A DNA stretch of 64,000 bases, from contig MU053652.1 of the NCBI GenBank assembly GCA_013239625.1, forward strand, positions 7,431,902 to 7,495,901. Direction: 5' to 3'. This DNA comes from Lama guanicoe. Taxonomy: Eukaryota. A program made the position numbers and the translations under genes. Of the stretch, positions 51,203-64,000 are shown piece after piece (within the stretch, counting starts at the first letter, position 1; the number at the start of each line of letters is the position of its first letter). The notes beneath the pieces are model-generated. The model searched no databases, was not told where the DNA came from, and worked only from the letters and a program-made list of their open reading frames with translations.

Positions 51203-54200
51203 TGACATATATCCCCTTTTATTTTTTAATTGCTGTATCACTTCCTAGTGGCAAGCCCATTGAAGATCCACAAACAATCAGATAAAGTGAAGGATTTAGG
51301 AAGAAATTGAAAGAACAAGGTGTTTTCATTGAGAGTGTTCTTTTGAGTGGCAAAGGAAAGGTTCACAAAAGTGAAAGAGAAAATTACCTGCAAGAAAAAG
51401 CTTTTGTAGAATCAAGGACTTGTGACATTGCTGGTTAAAAACTGTAACTGAGGTATCATGTCTTAAGCATAAGCCTAGTACTAGAAAGAGTAGTCAATGG
51501 TTAGTAGAATTTGAGGTCTTGGTTGTCTAGAAAAAAAATAAGACAAGGGGAGCATTTCTGCAGTGGGGGCTCTAAAGCTTTAGATTCTTTCTGTTACTCA
51601 ACATGAATTTCCCTACAGTTTTCTTATCCTGGCAAACAGCAGCTACATCAAGTCTAGTGTCTGAGTTCAAAGAAAAGTAAATTAAAAGAAAAATAATTTC
51701 CTAACTCCAACGGTCACAGAATATCAATAAAAAAGAAAACAGACAGAAAATGTCTCTAGGGTGTTAGATTTGTCTTTGACAACTAATGTTTTACATGACA
51801 CGAGTGTAAGAAGGCAAAAACGGATTCCGTGATGTTAGCGAGGTAATGCTTATCTTAAAAGATATGATCTGTTTTGATGTTTAATCATTTACCTTTTCCA
51901 CAAAAATATTCAAATTGTTAGAAGCCTTGGAGATTTTTTTCCCCCCCAGGAGACTCCTTTTGTGTTAGGTTGGAGGAGCCTGAGCACTGGGTGAGGTGAC
52001 CTGATGCCCCTGGATTTGACCAGGTGAGACTGGAGGAGATTCACCTGGAATCAGAACCTTAGACTCGGTGTCTGCATATCCTTCATTTTGCTCTTTTAAG
52101 CATTTCTCAAAGCCACTTTTTGGGCTTTTCCCCTCTGTTTCTCCTCCCTATTTTTTGTCTTTGTCTTTCCCCCTTCCTATCCATTCTCCATTACTGTTCT
52201 TAACAGAACTTTAATTCCAACAATTCACATTGTTTCACTAAAGACCGCAGTTTCTGAGTAGATTCTATGCTCTTTCTATTTACACTGATTCTGATATATC
52301 AACCAATGGCAGATTTTTAAAATTTTATGAGAAATTGGCAGAATTAAGGAAAAGATGATATGGTACCTGCCATGGGGATTTACAACATTACAGTTAAAAA
52401 AGTCAATAAAGTGATGATCAAAAATAGATCTGAGGAGATTACAGCAAGAGCAGCTCTTGGATGAGTGTGAAATTAGTCATTTGAGAAATAAAGTAAAGGA
52501 AGATGTATTCAGGAAGCAAATCTCTGCAGTGGGAGAGAGTGTCTAAAGTGTTAGACGCTGATTCCTGGGTATTGCAGCTCTCATGTGCCACAAGGAATAA
52601 TTCCTGGAAATAGAATTAACCCAAATCCCACTAATACATGAAGAGTCCTGGGTATAGGCTCTGGACTCTGAACGACAGTTTGTGAGACTAAATGTAAAAT
52701 ATTATATTATCGAAGACTCATGTCATCCACCAATTTTAGTGGTCTTAATTATAGTCTGCAGCTGTTATGCAAAGCTAAAAATAATGTTAACTGTCACTAT
52801 CAAAATGTATTATTTAAAGGAATGTCTGTACAAATGGCACCCTGGTGAATGCTTCACAGGCTGAGTGGATTTAAAGGCTCCCAATTTAAAGTGGATGAGT
52901 AGGTTCTATCTTGCAGCTGGTGAGATGTGCTAAGATCTTAATTCTTCCTAGACAAGGAGATATGCCCTCAAGGAGAACCAAGTTCTCTGATCACTTGTGG
53001 ACTCCTACATTAGGTGCACCTCACATAATTTACGGCATATTTGCTATGAATTCTCTGGCTTCAGTCAGAGGTGTCCTTCCTCTAGGGACCTTGAAACATA
53101 GTAAATTACTTCATTTTTTTCTTTCAGTATAATAGGGTTATTTGGAAATAAACAAGAGGTAAAGAAAAAGAGAGAAAAGCATAAGTTACAGTCTTGATAG
53201 TTTTTATTTTAATTGTCAGGTACTTAAATACAGCCTTTGATAACTGTCCCAGCAAGATATAGAAATGCCCTTTGATAGAGAATCACCATAAACAATTTTT
53301 ATTGTATAGAGAAGACTTGATCACATTCTTTGGATGAAAGCTGTGCTATTAATTGGTAGCTTTAAAGGTTAAAATAATTATAATTCATTTTTTAGTATTT
53401 TGATTACCATATGCCATTTCTTCCCCCTAAAAGCTTAGAAAGAGATCGACAGCTACAATATCAAAATCATCACTAGATAGTGAAAAATCCAATAGCCAGG
53501 GATTTTTTTTTTTTAAATCATTGTGCACAGATGATTTGTTTTTTTATGCTAAAATTTTTTCATACCTCAGGTTTTTGTTGTATTGTGAATAATGCTAAAA
53601 TATTAATATATGGTGTTTATTAACATCATACCAAAACAACCAGAAGTGAGAATAATTGAATTATTTGAAAGTAATATCTGAAGAAAGAAATTCCATCTTT
53701 GGTTGTTTTAAAATATAACCAATCAGGAGCTGAAAACAGGAGGGGGATTTTAAAATATGAGATTACTCTTTATCTTATGATAAACTGACTTGTGAAGGAA
53801 AGAAGCAGTTTATCTTTTAAATATTTTTAAAGTGCTATTTTTTTCCCTTTATAATATTTATACATCTGTTTTGAGAACAACCAATGAAATACAGATAAGC
53901 AAGCAAAATAAAAGTCTTTCCTCCTATCCTATGATCCTGGCCAGTTGGTTTAACAGCACCGGCATTAGGTATGTCTTCCTGAGAAGCCTCTTCCTCTATA
54001 TCTTCCGGTGCCCGTGGTTGAAGAACTGTCATGAGAGCGCAGAGGAGGACAGACCAATTTTGAGATAATAAAAATAAATGTCTCTATAAGGCTGGTCATG
54101 ATGAAGGAAGACTCACATTTTGCTTTGGCTAGCATTCGAGGGGAGAGCTATTTTTAGTCACAGATTTACTGTGGAGTCCATTAACCAGCTAAAACCAGTC

Positions 54201-54363
54201 ATGACTTAGGAATAATCCTGAACACAGTCCATTGTGAAATATAAATGAGGGTGGGGTCATCAGAAAAGTAATTTAAAGGAGTAGGGCTTTATAAACAGGA
54301 ATAGCAGCGTGGACATGAGGGATGGAAAAGGGATTGTCTTGGGATTTATTAGAAATTGGTGCC

Positions 54364-55014
54364 CAGGTGATTCAGAGAATTTTTGAGTATCAGCAGGGCC
54401 TGGTCCAAAAATTAGCACTTTGAGTGGCACGTCCACAGAATCTTTGCCTGATCTAGGAACGAGCCTACCTAGCGCCATGGGACAAAACTGGTCATGAAAT
54501 GTCTCCCAAAATATTGGTCGAATTTAGGACCAAGGGGGAGCAGGAGCACTGTGAAAGAAAAATACTGCAAACCACATCAGTGAACAAAGAATGCTGAAGC
54601 CATCAAGTCTTGAGTGGCTGCCGCCACCCCCCAGTGAAGACAAGCCTGCAGCCCAGCCTCTGCAGCCACTCACAATGGTGCACCCTGAGGGGACTCAGAA
54701 TAAGAAAGGACAGGACACTGGCCCTAGATAGCTAGGTGCTTGTCAAAGGAATGAATTCAATGAGCCTAAATGTTTGCATTGCTTCCTCCATATAAAAGCA
54801 GTAAATTCTTTAACTTGAGATGCCTGGGTTTCTTTAGATAACAAGTAATCTTTTATTATTCCAACTACCTGGTCTTTGTTGTAAAACTCCTATATATCCT
54901 AGCTTCTCCCCTACCTCTTTGGAGCAGTCCCTCAGAGCGATCTGGGAGGCTGTCATCCTGGCTGGAGTCCTCCTGCCAAATAAAACATAACTCTCATAAA
55001 AAAAGAAAAGAAAA
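54364..55014 (+). mobile_element. Polyadenylated ERV 3' internal + U3-R retrocopy inserted by L1 machinery
   Basis: LTR from tgtgaaag (~54550); TATA (~54891); AATAAA (~54979); then A-tail instead of U5; 13-bp TSD agaaattggtgcc at 54351 and 55015. Confidence 0.75.
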
Positions 55015-55984
55015 AGAAATTGGTGCCTTTAAAAGGCAGTTTCAGTTGCCCAGTAAAGTCAAGCAGTCAAGGATTAGAAGCTTTCAGATTTGTTGATCAA
55101 ATCACAGATTCAGTTGACTATAATGAGGCTTCCCAAATTTCTGCCTCGTTCCTCTGTCTCAGGTACACCCTACTCAGTTATCGGCAAAGCCTCCTGCTGA
55201 GAATCTGCTGGAAGGATTGCTTTCCAGGCACCAGCTGGAAACCTCACTTCTTGTTGTGCTGCTCTTCCTGGCAAGAGGCTCAGACCTCCACAGGCACAAG
55301 AAACCTTAGAGCCTCTCTGTGCGTTAAAAGAAAGTACCTCCACCAGCCCCATGACCAGCCAAGTTCAAAACCGGTCACCTGAGCTAATCTGGAAATTTCA
55401 TAGGCTGTACAATGTAAAACTACCCTAAGTCCCAATAAATAGGGGACATCTAATCATCTAAGGTTCTCCTGTATCTAATTCTTGAAGTTGAATACATGGT
55501 AAATGAAAAACACAGTTCTTGGAGGGAGCCAGAGATTCTCATGAGGAACATAAGATTTCTGACCTCTTTTATTCTTTTAAATTCACTTCTGTTTTTTTTT
55601 TGTTTTGTTTTCAGTCACAGAGCACACTGTCATTCTAGGTAATAATAAAAACCTATACAAACTGCTATTTATTGAGTGCCTACTGTTCTCCAAGCACTAT
55701 GCTAGGCATTTTACAATCAAGATAACAAGTTCTTACATAAATCTTATATGGCAGGTATTGGTAATAATAATAAAAGTTTAAAATCAAGATTGGGAAGAAA
55801 AACTTTGATGATACTTCTCTATCACTTTTCTTTCATATTATTTTCAAATTTTCTCTAAAATGAGCCACGCTGCAATGAATATCTTGTCTCCTTGTAAACA
55901 TACACTAGGGTTTATAATACCTCATTGTTCAGAATCACTGGTCATAGGGCATAAACGGCTACAGTTTATCAAGATATAATTTAT

Positions 55985-57052
55985 GCTTGTAACCAATGGT
56001 AATTTTGTAGTGTCTGCTATACCAATTCATACATCTAGGACTCGAGGATGGGCTTAGGAGTGACCGTGCTCACTTGGTGAACTTTGCATCCCATCCTCTT
56101 CCTGGTAAGTTCAGCTCTACTTGGGTATTTATTCCCAGAGGAGGAATGATTCTACTAGAAAATATAGGAAAGGTTTCACTAAACCTACTGGTTTTGCTTC
56201 TGCCTGTCATTTGAGTTCTTCATCACACCAGACACACAGAAAAATAAAGGAGCTGCTATCTTGGCAGAGGTAATCAACGCAGATTTTCATGAGGAGGTAG
56301 CGCAGCTGCTCATAACATGGAAGGGAAGGCGTATGTGGATCTGGAACTCAAAAGTTTCTTCTGGTGCCTCCCTTTCCAGAAACAATCATAAAGGGGCAAC
56401 TGCAGCATCTCTAGCCTAACACGACCAAGGTAACTGGGTCCTCAACCACCCAGATGTGAAGCTCTGGGTTACTCCACTGGGCCGGCAATGCCCATCAGCA
56501 CAGGTGCTAGCCAAGGGTTAGGGAAGTCTTGAATGAATGGGAGAAAAGACAGATAATGTATATCAGTTGTGGCCTTAGGACCACTGGTAACTCTTATCCC
56601 TAAACCTGTGGTGAGTTTATTTTGAGAAATTATAACTGGATGGCACACTGAAGAAGCAATGATAGAATGAAGTAAACTTAATGTGGGGTCAAATGAATCA
56701 GAGTGGTGGAAGGAGACTGCACCAGCGCCCTCTGCATCGCGTTCTTGCAGACTTCAGTGACTGTACCTGTACCTCCACACCTAGTGCACAGGCAATCCTG
56801 AAGGACAAAGGAATTCGCACTCCTAGGAGGAGCAACCCTCAACTGATAGTTCTCTGGCATTTGTGTATGTACTTCCCAGTCTCCTCGCCCTTTGGGTGGT
56901 GTCATTCTAACGTAGGTCTTTCCTGCAGATTTAATCCCAGTTATCCACCATGCATCCTATAATGCCTGCCTTCCACTTCTGTATTTTGTACATTTCCTAT
57001 ACTTAATTTTTTTGTCTCGCATCCTGCTTCTGGAAGAACTCAAAGAAGGACA
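55985..57052 (+). mobile_element. ERVL internal (dUTPase-region) remnant plus LTR16/33-like LTR
   Basis: cccagaggaggaatg...ttggcagaggtaatcaacgcagattttcatgaggaggtag; LTR end ctgcttctggaagaactcaaagaaggaca. Confidence 0.55.
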
Positions 57053-57269
57053 CAGGGTCTCAGCTTTGTATGCAGGAGTCATTGTTCCAGCTCAGGAAAC
57101 TCAAGGTCATATCTCCACACAGGAATGAGCCTCCAATTTATGATGGAGCAACAGAATGTCAACGCTGACTTTGGGTTCCACTATTATTCTTGGCACCACC
57201 AAGTTTCCTATTTCTACTTTTTAAAGTTTAGATATGTTTAATTTGATTTTTAGAATGAGACTAAAACAA

Positions 57270-57900
57270 TGATGTAACATGTCACTTCTATTAGACTGAC
57301 AAAAATGAGAACATTGGATAACATCAGGTGTGGGCAGGGTTTGGGGCCTTAGGAATACTCATATGTTTCTGTTGAAGGTGAATATTGGTGGAGGCACTCT
57401 ACAGAACAGTCTGGCAGTACTTAAGTTACAGTAAGTTTTCACCAAATCTAGGAGACCCGGCAATTCTGTTCCTGTGTGTATATTCCAAAGAAATGCTCAG
57501 TGGATCCACAGGAAGACAAGTGTGAGAAAACTCAGCATGGCGCTACTTTTGTTGGCAGGAAATTGCACCAAAGCCGGCATCCACCACAAGAGAAGTAGAT
57601 GGTGAGATGTGTCGCTGCTCACCTTGCAGTGCATATATCAGCAGAAACAACAGACTAACTGTATCCACAACAACTTGGGTAGATCTTTAAAATACATTGC
57701 TCCATGAATACAGCGGAAATTGCAACAAGATATATAACAGAGTTCTTTTGTGTATGTTAAAATATGGTCACAAACAACAATGCATCTTCTGTAAGAATAT
57801 ACCAACCACAGTCTATACAGCAAAGGTGTTGAGAGGGAAGGGGAAACAGAGGAAACGGGAAAGAGGAAAAAGAAAACGAATGAACAAAACAAGAACTGTG
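57270..57900 (+). mobile_element. Old L1ME 3' fragment
   Basis: Decayed ORF2 end and 3'UTR. Confidence 0.6.
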
Positions 57901-57979
57901 CCTTGTGAAGACTAATAATAATAACGCACCAAGTATTGACAAATAAGATTCACCCAACCCTTGGCACCTAAAGTTAAAA

Positions 57980-60900
57980 AATAAAAAATTGTTATGCATT
58001 TCAGGTATTTCTATAGGTTTGCTGTAGATGGTTTGGCATAAGCTTAGTTTAAGTGTTAAACACCTTTAATTCATTTAATAATTTTTCCTGTTGTTGGCTA
58101 TTAGCTTGGTTCCATTTTCTCCCTTCTATTACAAATAGTGCTGCAATGAGTAGCCTTCTGGGCCAAGTGCAATACACGTAGCTCCACAGAGAGAAGCAAT
58201 GAGACGTAATGGTTAAGGAATACCAGGTCCAGTGTTGGACTCCTGGCTCCTTTACTACGTGCCCTTGCACAACTTAACTAATTGCTCTGGGCCTCGGCTT
58301 CTTGAAAATAATAGTACCTACCTTGTAGAGTTATGCTGATAATAAAATGAGTTAATGTTTGCAAAGCACTTGGAACAATGCTGGCACATACACAGCACTC
58401 AGTCAATGTCCATTATTAAACCTACTGCTTTTGCACATGTTTCAATAGGATAAAATTACAGATATGGAATTTCTTGCCTAAAGGGAAAACATTTTAAATG
58501 TTTATGCTTTTTAAAAAAAATTTTCAAATGGGCCACATCTATTTAGTCCACCACCAAAGACTCCTGGGAATACAGTTTTTCTGCACTCGTGACAAAAATC
58601 AGATATCCTCATTCTTTTTCTATTCATTTTCACCTTATTGATGAATAAAACACTGCATTACATTTCCCTGGTTACAAGTGAGTATATGGACCTTTTAAAC
58701 TTTTATTGGATAGTCATTCAAAAACTGGCATATTAAAATTAATCCTAACCAGTTTTAGACAAAAGAGGCTTCAGTCAGCTTTTGCATTTATTTGCTTATG
58801 ACCTACAATAAACTCAGCCAGTACTAAGCTTACATGAAACAGCCCTACAACCTTCCTTACAGATTCTGCCATCGTCTTCTTCCTGGCCAGATGGGCTATT
58901 GGGATGTGTAAATGATCATGATTATATCAGACTGTGGTCATTGTATTTATTTCTCCAAATTCATAAGCATCATCTTGATTAAAATCAAATCTCCAAAGCT
59001 GCTAGAAGGGAACAAAAAAAATTGACACAGAATTACTAAACATTGGATTACTTCGTAACACTGCTTTTGCTTTAAAATTTTTTCATGACATGTAAGATTT
59101 TAACAGTATAATTTTAATCCAAATGCCTAAATTCTATTCTGTGACCTTAACGAAATTTAAATGTTTATTCTGTCTTTGTTAGAATAAAATGCCAGTTCAT
59201 GAGGATTTAGAAAATGTCAGCCAATATAGCCAAGGGGGCTCTTTATTAAGACGTTCACTTTGAAAGAAATCAAAGCACATGTAATCCTAGGGTAATTTCT
59301 GTAGGGAAAAAACTAAAAGACTGAAAGAGAAGTTACTTCCTGTCAAAATTAGCCTATGATGATTTCTTCTATTGGGTTCCTAAAAAAATTTCCCAGGAAA
59401 AATATTTTTTATTTAGTGTGACATATATTCAGACAATTCTCCCTTTTCTTTCCCAGACACATCCTCGAAGTGCAGAATTCCTGCTGATTCCATAGCAGCT
59501 CCATCGATATGGAAAGCCTGCGGATGTGTGGAGGGAGAGGAGACAGTAAGAGTTAGAACCTGTATCCTTTCATCCAGCTTTTGTAATGAAGGAACAGGAA
59601 TCGTAGGGGAATTGTCAGCTATCAGAACACTTACTTTGCTGCCCTGTATTCTCAGCTTACTGCTCTGGGGATTTGAAAAAAAAAACAATAAAAAATTGTT
59701 ATGCATTTCAGGTATTTCTATAGGTTTGCTGCAGATGGTTTGGCATAAGCTTACTTTAAGTGTTAAACACCTTTAATTCATTTAATAATTTTTCCTGTTG
59801 TTGGCTATTAGCTTGGTTCCATTTTCTCCCTTCTATTACAAATAGTGCTGCAATGAGTAGCCTTCTGGGCCAAGTGCAATACACGTAGCTCCACAGAGAG
59901 AAGCAATGAGACGTAATGGTTAAGGAATACCAGGTCCAGTGTTGGACTCCTGGCTCCTTTACTACGTGCCCTTGCACAACTTAACTAATTGCTCTGGGCC
60001 TCGGCTTCTTGAAAATAATAGTACCTACCTTGTAGAGTTATGCTGATAATAAAATGAGTTAATGTTTGCAAAGCACTTGGAACAATGCTGGCACATACAC
60101 AGCACTCAGTCAATGTCCATTATTAAACCTACTGCTTTTGCACATGTTTCAATAGGATAAAATTACAGATATGGAATTTCTTGCCTAAAGGGAAAACATT
60201 TTAAATGTTTATGCTTTTTAAAAAAAATTTTCAAATGGGCCACATCTATTTAGTCCACCACCAAAGACTCCTGGGAATACAGTTTTTCTGCACTCGTGAC
60301 AAAAATCAGATATCCTCATTCTTTTTCTATTCATTTTCACCTTATTGATGAATAAAACACTGCATTACATTTCCCTGGTTACAAGTGAGTATATGGACCT
60401 TTTAAACTTTTATTGGATAGTCATTCAAAAACTGGCATATTAAAATTAATCCTAACCAGTTTTAGACAAAAGAGGCTTCAGTCAGCTTTTGCATTTATTT
60501 GCTTATGACCTACAATAAACTCAGCCAGTACTAAGCTTACATGAAACAGCCCTACAACCTTCCTTACAGATTCTGCCATCGTCTTCTTCCTGGCCAGATG
60601 GGCTATTGGGATGTGTAAATGATCATGATTATATCAGACTGTGGTCATTGTATTTCTTTTCCTAATATTCATAAGCATCATCTTGATTAAAATCAAATCT
60701 CCAAAGCTGCTAGAAGGGAACAAAAAAAATTGACACAGAATTACTAAACATTGGATTACTTCGTAACACTGCTTTTGCTTTAAAATTTTTTCATGACATG
60801 TAAGATTTTAACAGTATAATTTTAATCCAAATGCCTAAATTCTATTCTGTGACCTTAACGAAATTTAAATGTTTATTCTGTCTTTGTTAGAATAAAATGC

Positions 60901-61397
60901 CAGTTCATGAGGATTTAGAAAATGTCAGCCAATATAGCCAAGGGGGCTCTTTATTAAGACGTTCACTTTGAAAGAAATCAAAGCACATGTAATCCTAGGG
61001 TAATTTCTGTAGGGAAAAAACTAAAAGACTGAAAGAGAAGTTACTTCCTGTCAAAATTAGCCTATGATGATTTCTTCTATTGGGTTCCTAAAAAAATTTC
61101 CCAGGAAAAATATTTTTTATTTAGTGTGACATATATTCAGACAATTCTCCCTTTTCTTTCCCAGACACATCCTCGAAGTGCAGAATTCCTGCTGATTCCA
61201 TAGCAGCTCCATCGATATGGAAAGCCTGCGGATGTGTGGAGGGAGAGGAGACAGTAAGAGTTAGAACCTGTATCCTTTCATCCAGCTTTTGTAATGAAGG
61301 AACAGGAATCGTAGGGTAATTGTCAGCTATCAGAACACTTACTTTGCTGCCCTGTATTCTCAGCTTACTGCTCTGGGGATTTGAAAAAAAAAAAAAC
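57980..61397 (+). repeat. Head-to-tail tandem duplication, ~1.7-kb unit (57980-59686 and 59687-61397)
   Basis: Copies identical apart from a few substitutions, one small indel cluster and A-run length. Confidence 0.95.
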
Positions 61398-62059
61398 TGT
61401 ATGACTTCATATTTTTGTATTTTTCAGTTTTAAACAAGGTTATTATTTATTGCTTGCATAATCCTTATATTAAATCTTTCTATCCACCAAAGTTTAGGTT
61501 ATGTTTTAAGGAGCTCATCTATCTACTGACTCAAAACCTTCCCTAGAAATAGGGTAAAACATATTAAGAGTGCAGAGTTCACACCTGAAAACATATTGGC
61601 CACAAAATCCTTCCAAATGAAGTCTTAGTCTAATGCCCTCGTAATGTGTGTCAGGTCATGCTTTATGGAGAACGGCTACTTTAACAGAGACTCATTTCTT
61701 GTTGTATAACTGGGTACAGTCTTTATACAATATCTACAATACTGAGACGTAGAAGTGCTTCTGGGATAACCCTGTGGAGACTAATTCTCATCAATACATC
61801 TTTTGAATAATTTCTCACTGACATGACCGGTGAAATAAAGCAGAGAACTCTTCTCCAAAGACTCTTGGTATTAGTGGTCTATCCTCTTATCTTTCATGCA
61901 TTCCCTAGATCTATGTCAAAAGAACAGACAGTGTCCACTCTGAAAAACACACTTCTCTTTTTCTCTTTATTACAAGGCATAATGAGATTACGATATTTTG
62001 ATTACAAACTTCGTAGACATAGTCTAATTATTAACTCAAGATTGGTTCAAGTCAGATAC

Positions 62060-63060
62060 CACTGATTGATTCGGCAAGTGTGCTTAATGGATCCTGACCA
62101 TGAACAAGTTACTGCACATTATAAAGGATTCACATGTAAACAGACAACTTTCCCCGGTGTGTCCAGGTGGATAAGTTATGCACTTAGTTATTCGTGATAC
62201 AAAATAGGAAGGGGCAAGTTCTACAGAAGGTTAGCACATGGGAAGACAAAGATGAGAGTACTTTCCAATGAGAGCATCATGGGGTCTCTCCTATTGATGG
62301 CACTTGGTCGGAGCCATGCAAGGTGGGTGGTCTTTCAACATGTGGGTAAAGGGTAAACCAAGATTTGAATACAAAAAAGAAAAAAATTGCGAGAAGAAAG
62401 CCTGGAGTAAGACCGTGTGGACAGCATGTAGGAAATATCTAGGAGTGGGCTCTTCTGGGGAATAAAGTGAAGGAACTTGTAGAAACAGTGATGCCATCAG
62501 CTGAGACCAGATGGTAAGGGCCTGATGTGCTCATGCGCAGGAGCCAGGGCTTTTCGTGGTCACTGCAGGTATTAAGCAGAGACTAAGTGATCAGAATGGT
62601 GTTTTGCAGGGTGAATCTGCCTGAGGTGCTCAGGTGGACTGGAATGAGGAGGGCCTGGAAATAGTCAAAAGAGAATCTTCTTACAAATGTCAGGGGATTT
62701 GGTAACAAGGGCCTCGACTGAGGGAATGCCCCTGAAACAAAGAAGAGAGGCGAGGTGGAGGGGAGATGTGGAGAACTTGGTAACTGGATGCTGGCAGTGG
62801 GAAAGAAAAAGGACAAGGTGATGCTAGTAACAGAAGGAAAGGACACAGAAGGGGAAAAAGGCATTTGGAACAGAAGCTGAATATTCCATTTTAAGACATA
62901 CTGAATTTTAGGTCTGGGGAAGTAGGTAAGTTAACTAGTAGATGTTAAACCAAAGGAAGAGCGAGTATCAAGAATGAAGGGAGGGTTCACGTACAGTATT
63001 AGAGAGAGAGGAGAAACAAAGAAAAGTCCTTGAAATCAGTGACTGAGAAGCACTGGTGAA
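62060..63060 (-). mobile_element. L2 element
   Basis: Purine-rich antisense L2 pattern beginning ctgattgattcggcaagtgtgcttaatgg. Confidence 0.6.
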
Positions 63061-63589
63061 TCTCTATCTTTGAAATATATGAGAAAAGGAAGAGAATATA
63101 TCCCAAAATAGTAATTTTATATACAGGTGGAGAGATTATGAGACTGTTCTTTCATATATATATTTTTTTCTATAATGACCAAGCAATTCTTGGGTAACAA
63201 AGAAAACAATAATGAAATGTCAACAGTCTTTGGTGGCACTTAGGTAGTGAGAACAGGAGCCATATGTGAAAAAGGTTGCAAAAGCCAATCGCTAAAAGCT
63301 CTGATTGTTTGAGATCATACTTGTTTCTTTCAGAAAAATTCTTCAAGCTCCATGTCTGCATTCACAGTAAATTGTCCTGCCAGTTTGATTCCATTGTAGC
63401 TCCCTGATCTGACTGAGATTTCATCACCTATAGATCTGTTGATCACATCTAGTGCCCAAGGGATGGATAACTGAGTCCTTAATGCTCTCCCATGAAAAAG
63501 AAAATGATCCTTATTTTCTATGGCATCTTCTCATGCCCATTGTTCTACAGAAGTCACTGGAAATGACTCCCAATCCAGGCAATTATAGT

Positions 63590-63770
63590 TGAAAAAACTA
63601 ACTTTAATGGAGTGGTTACTATGCAACATGTCTTTTAATAGTTTATTTATATGCATTATCTATGGGAATTCTCCCAATGATTGTGTGGCATCTCTGCTAT
63701 TATATTCCTTCCCTATTTTACTTAGGAGGAAGCTGGTTATTTAGTGAGTGTAACCAAGTAGTGTGAAATA
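63590..63770 (-). mobile_element. MIR fragment
   Basis: atggagtggttactatgc...ccctattttacttaggaggaagctg. Confidence 0.55.
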
Positions 63771-64000
63771 GATCGCTCCAACTTTCTTGTTTTTTTCCAG
63801 AATGGGGTTGGGCAATCTCCACCCAAGAAACTATGTGCTAAATGGTTCAAAGATTCATGAACTGCACATGAGTTCTCCCTAAATTACTAATATTATTCCT
63901 TCTCTGTGACTGCTAACAAAATGGAATTATGGATAGCCTGAAGACCATAGCTTCATTTCTAAGTCTCCCGGTATATGTATAGGGAAGTCACTTAACCCCC

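Noticed and set aside
55020..55382. 120-aa ORF
   Set aside because: Non-ATG start at a TSD junction, with no recognisable homology or clear exon structure.
59413..59706. Minus-strand LQKLDERI resembling CPLANE1 LQKIDEQL
   Set aside because: Opposite strand to the pseudogene and too short to be significant.

Overview
AT-rich, repeat-dense mammalian DNA with no intact protein-coding gene. It is probably camelid, judged from its young L1 3'-end family and the absence of Alu, Bov-tA, PRE or Can SINEs. The main non-repeat content is a chain of about 25 decayed + strand exons from ~0.7 kb to ~50.5 kb, many still bounded by AG/GT splice sites. Their translations match human CPLANE1 (C5orf42/JBTS17) weakly but in the same order, from the first codons to roughly residue 1750. 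The CPLANE1 sequence was recalled from memory, not searched. Identity is low and the exons carry many stops and frameshifts, so this looks like the unprocessed pseudogene of an ancient CPLANE1 paralog, not CPLANE1 itself. Other content: old L1M, L2, MIR, MLT1, Tigger, Charlie and ERVL fossils; a triple-nested Charlie1>L1MB>young L1 insertion containing an assembly gap; a young solo ERV LTR; an L1-mobilised polyadenylated ERV retrocopy with a 13-bp TSD; and a near-identical 1.7-kb tandem duplication. Repeat subfamily names are by-eye calls.
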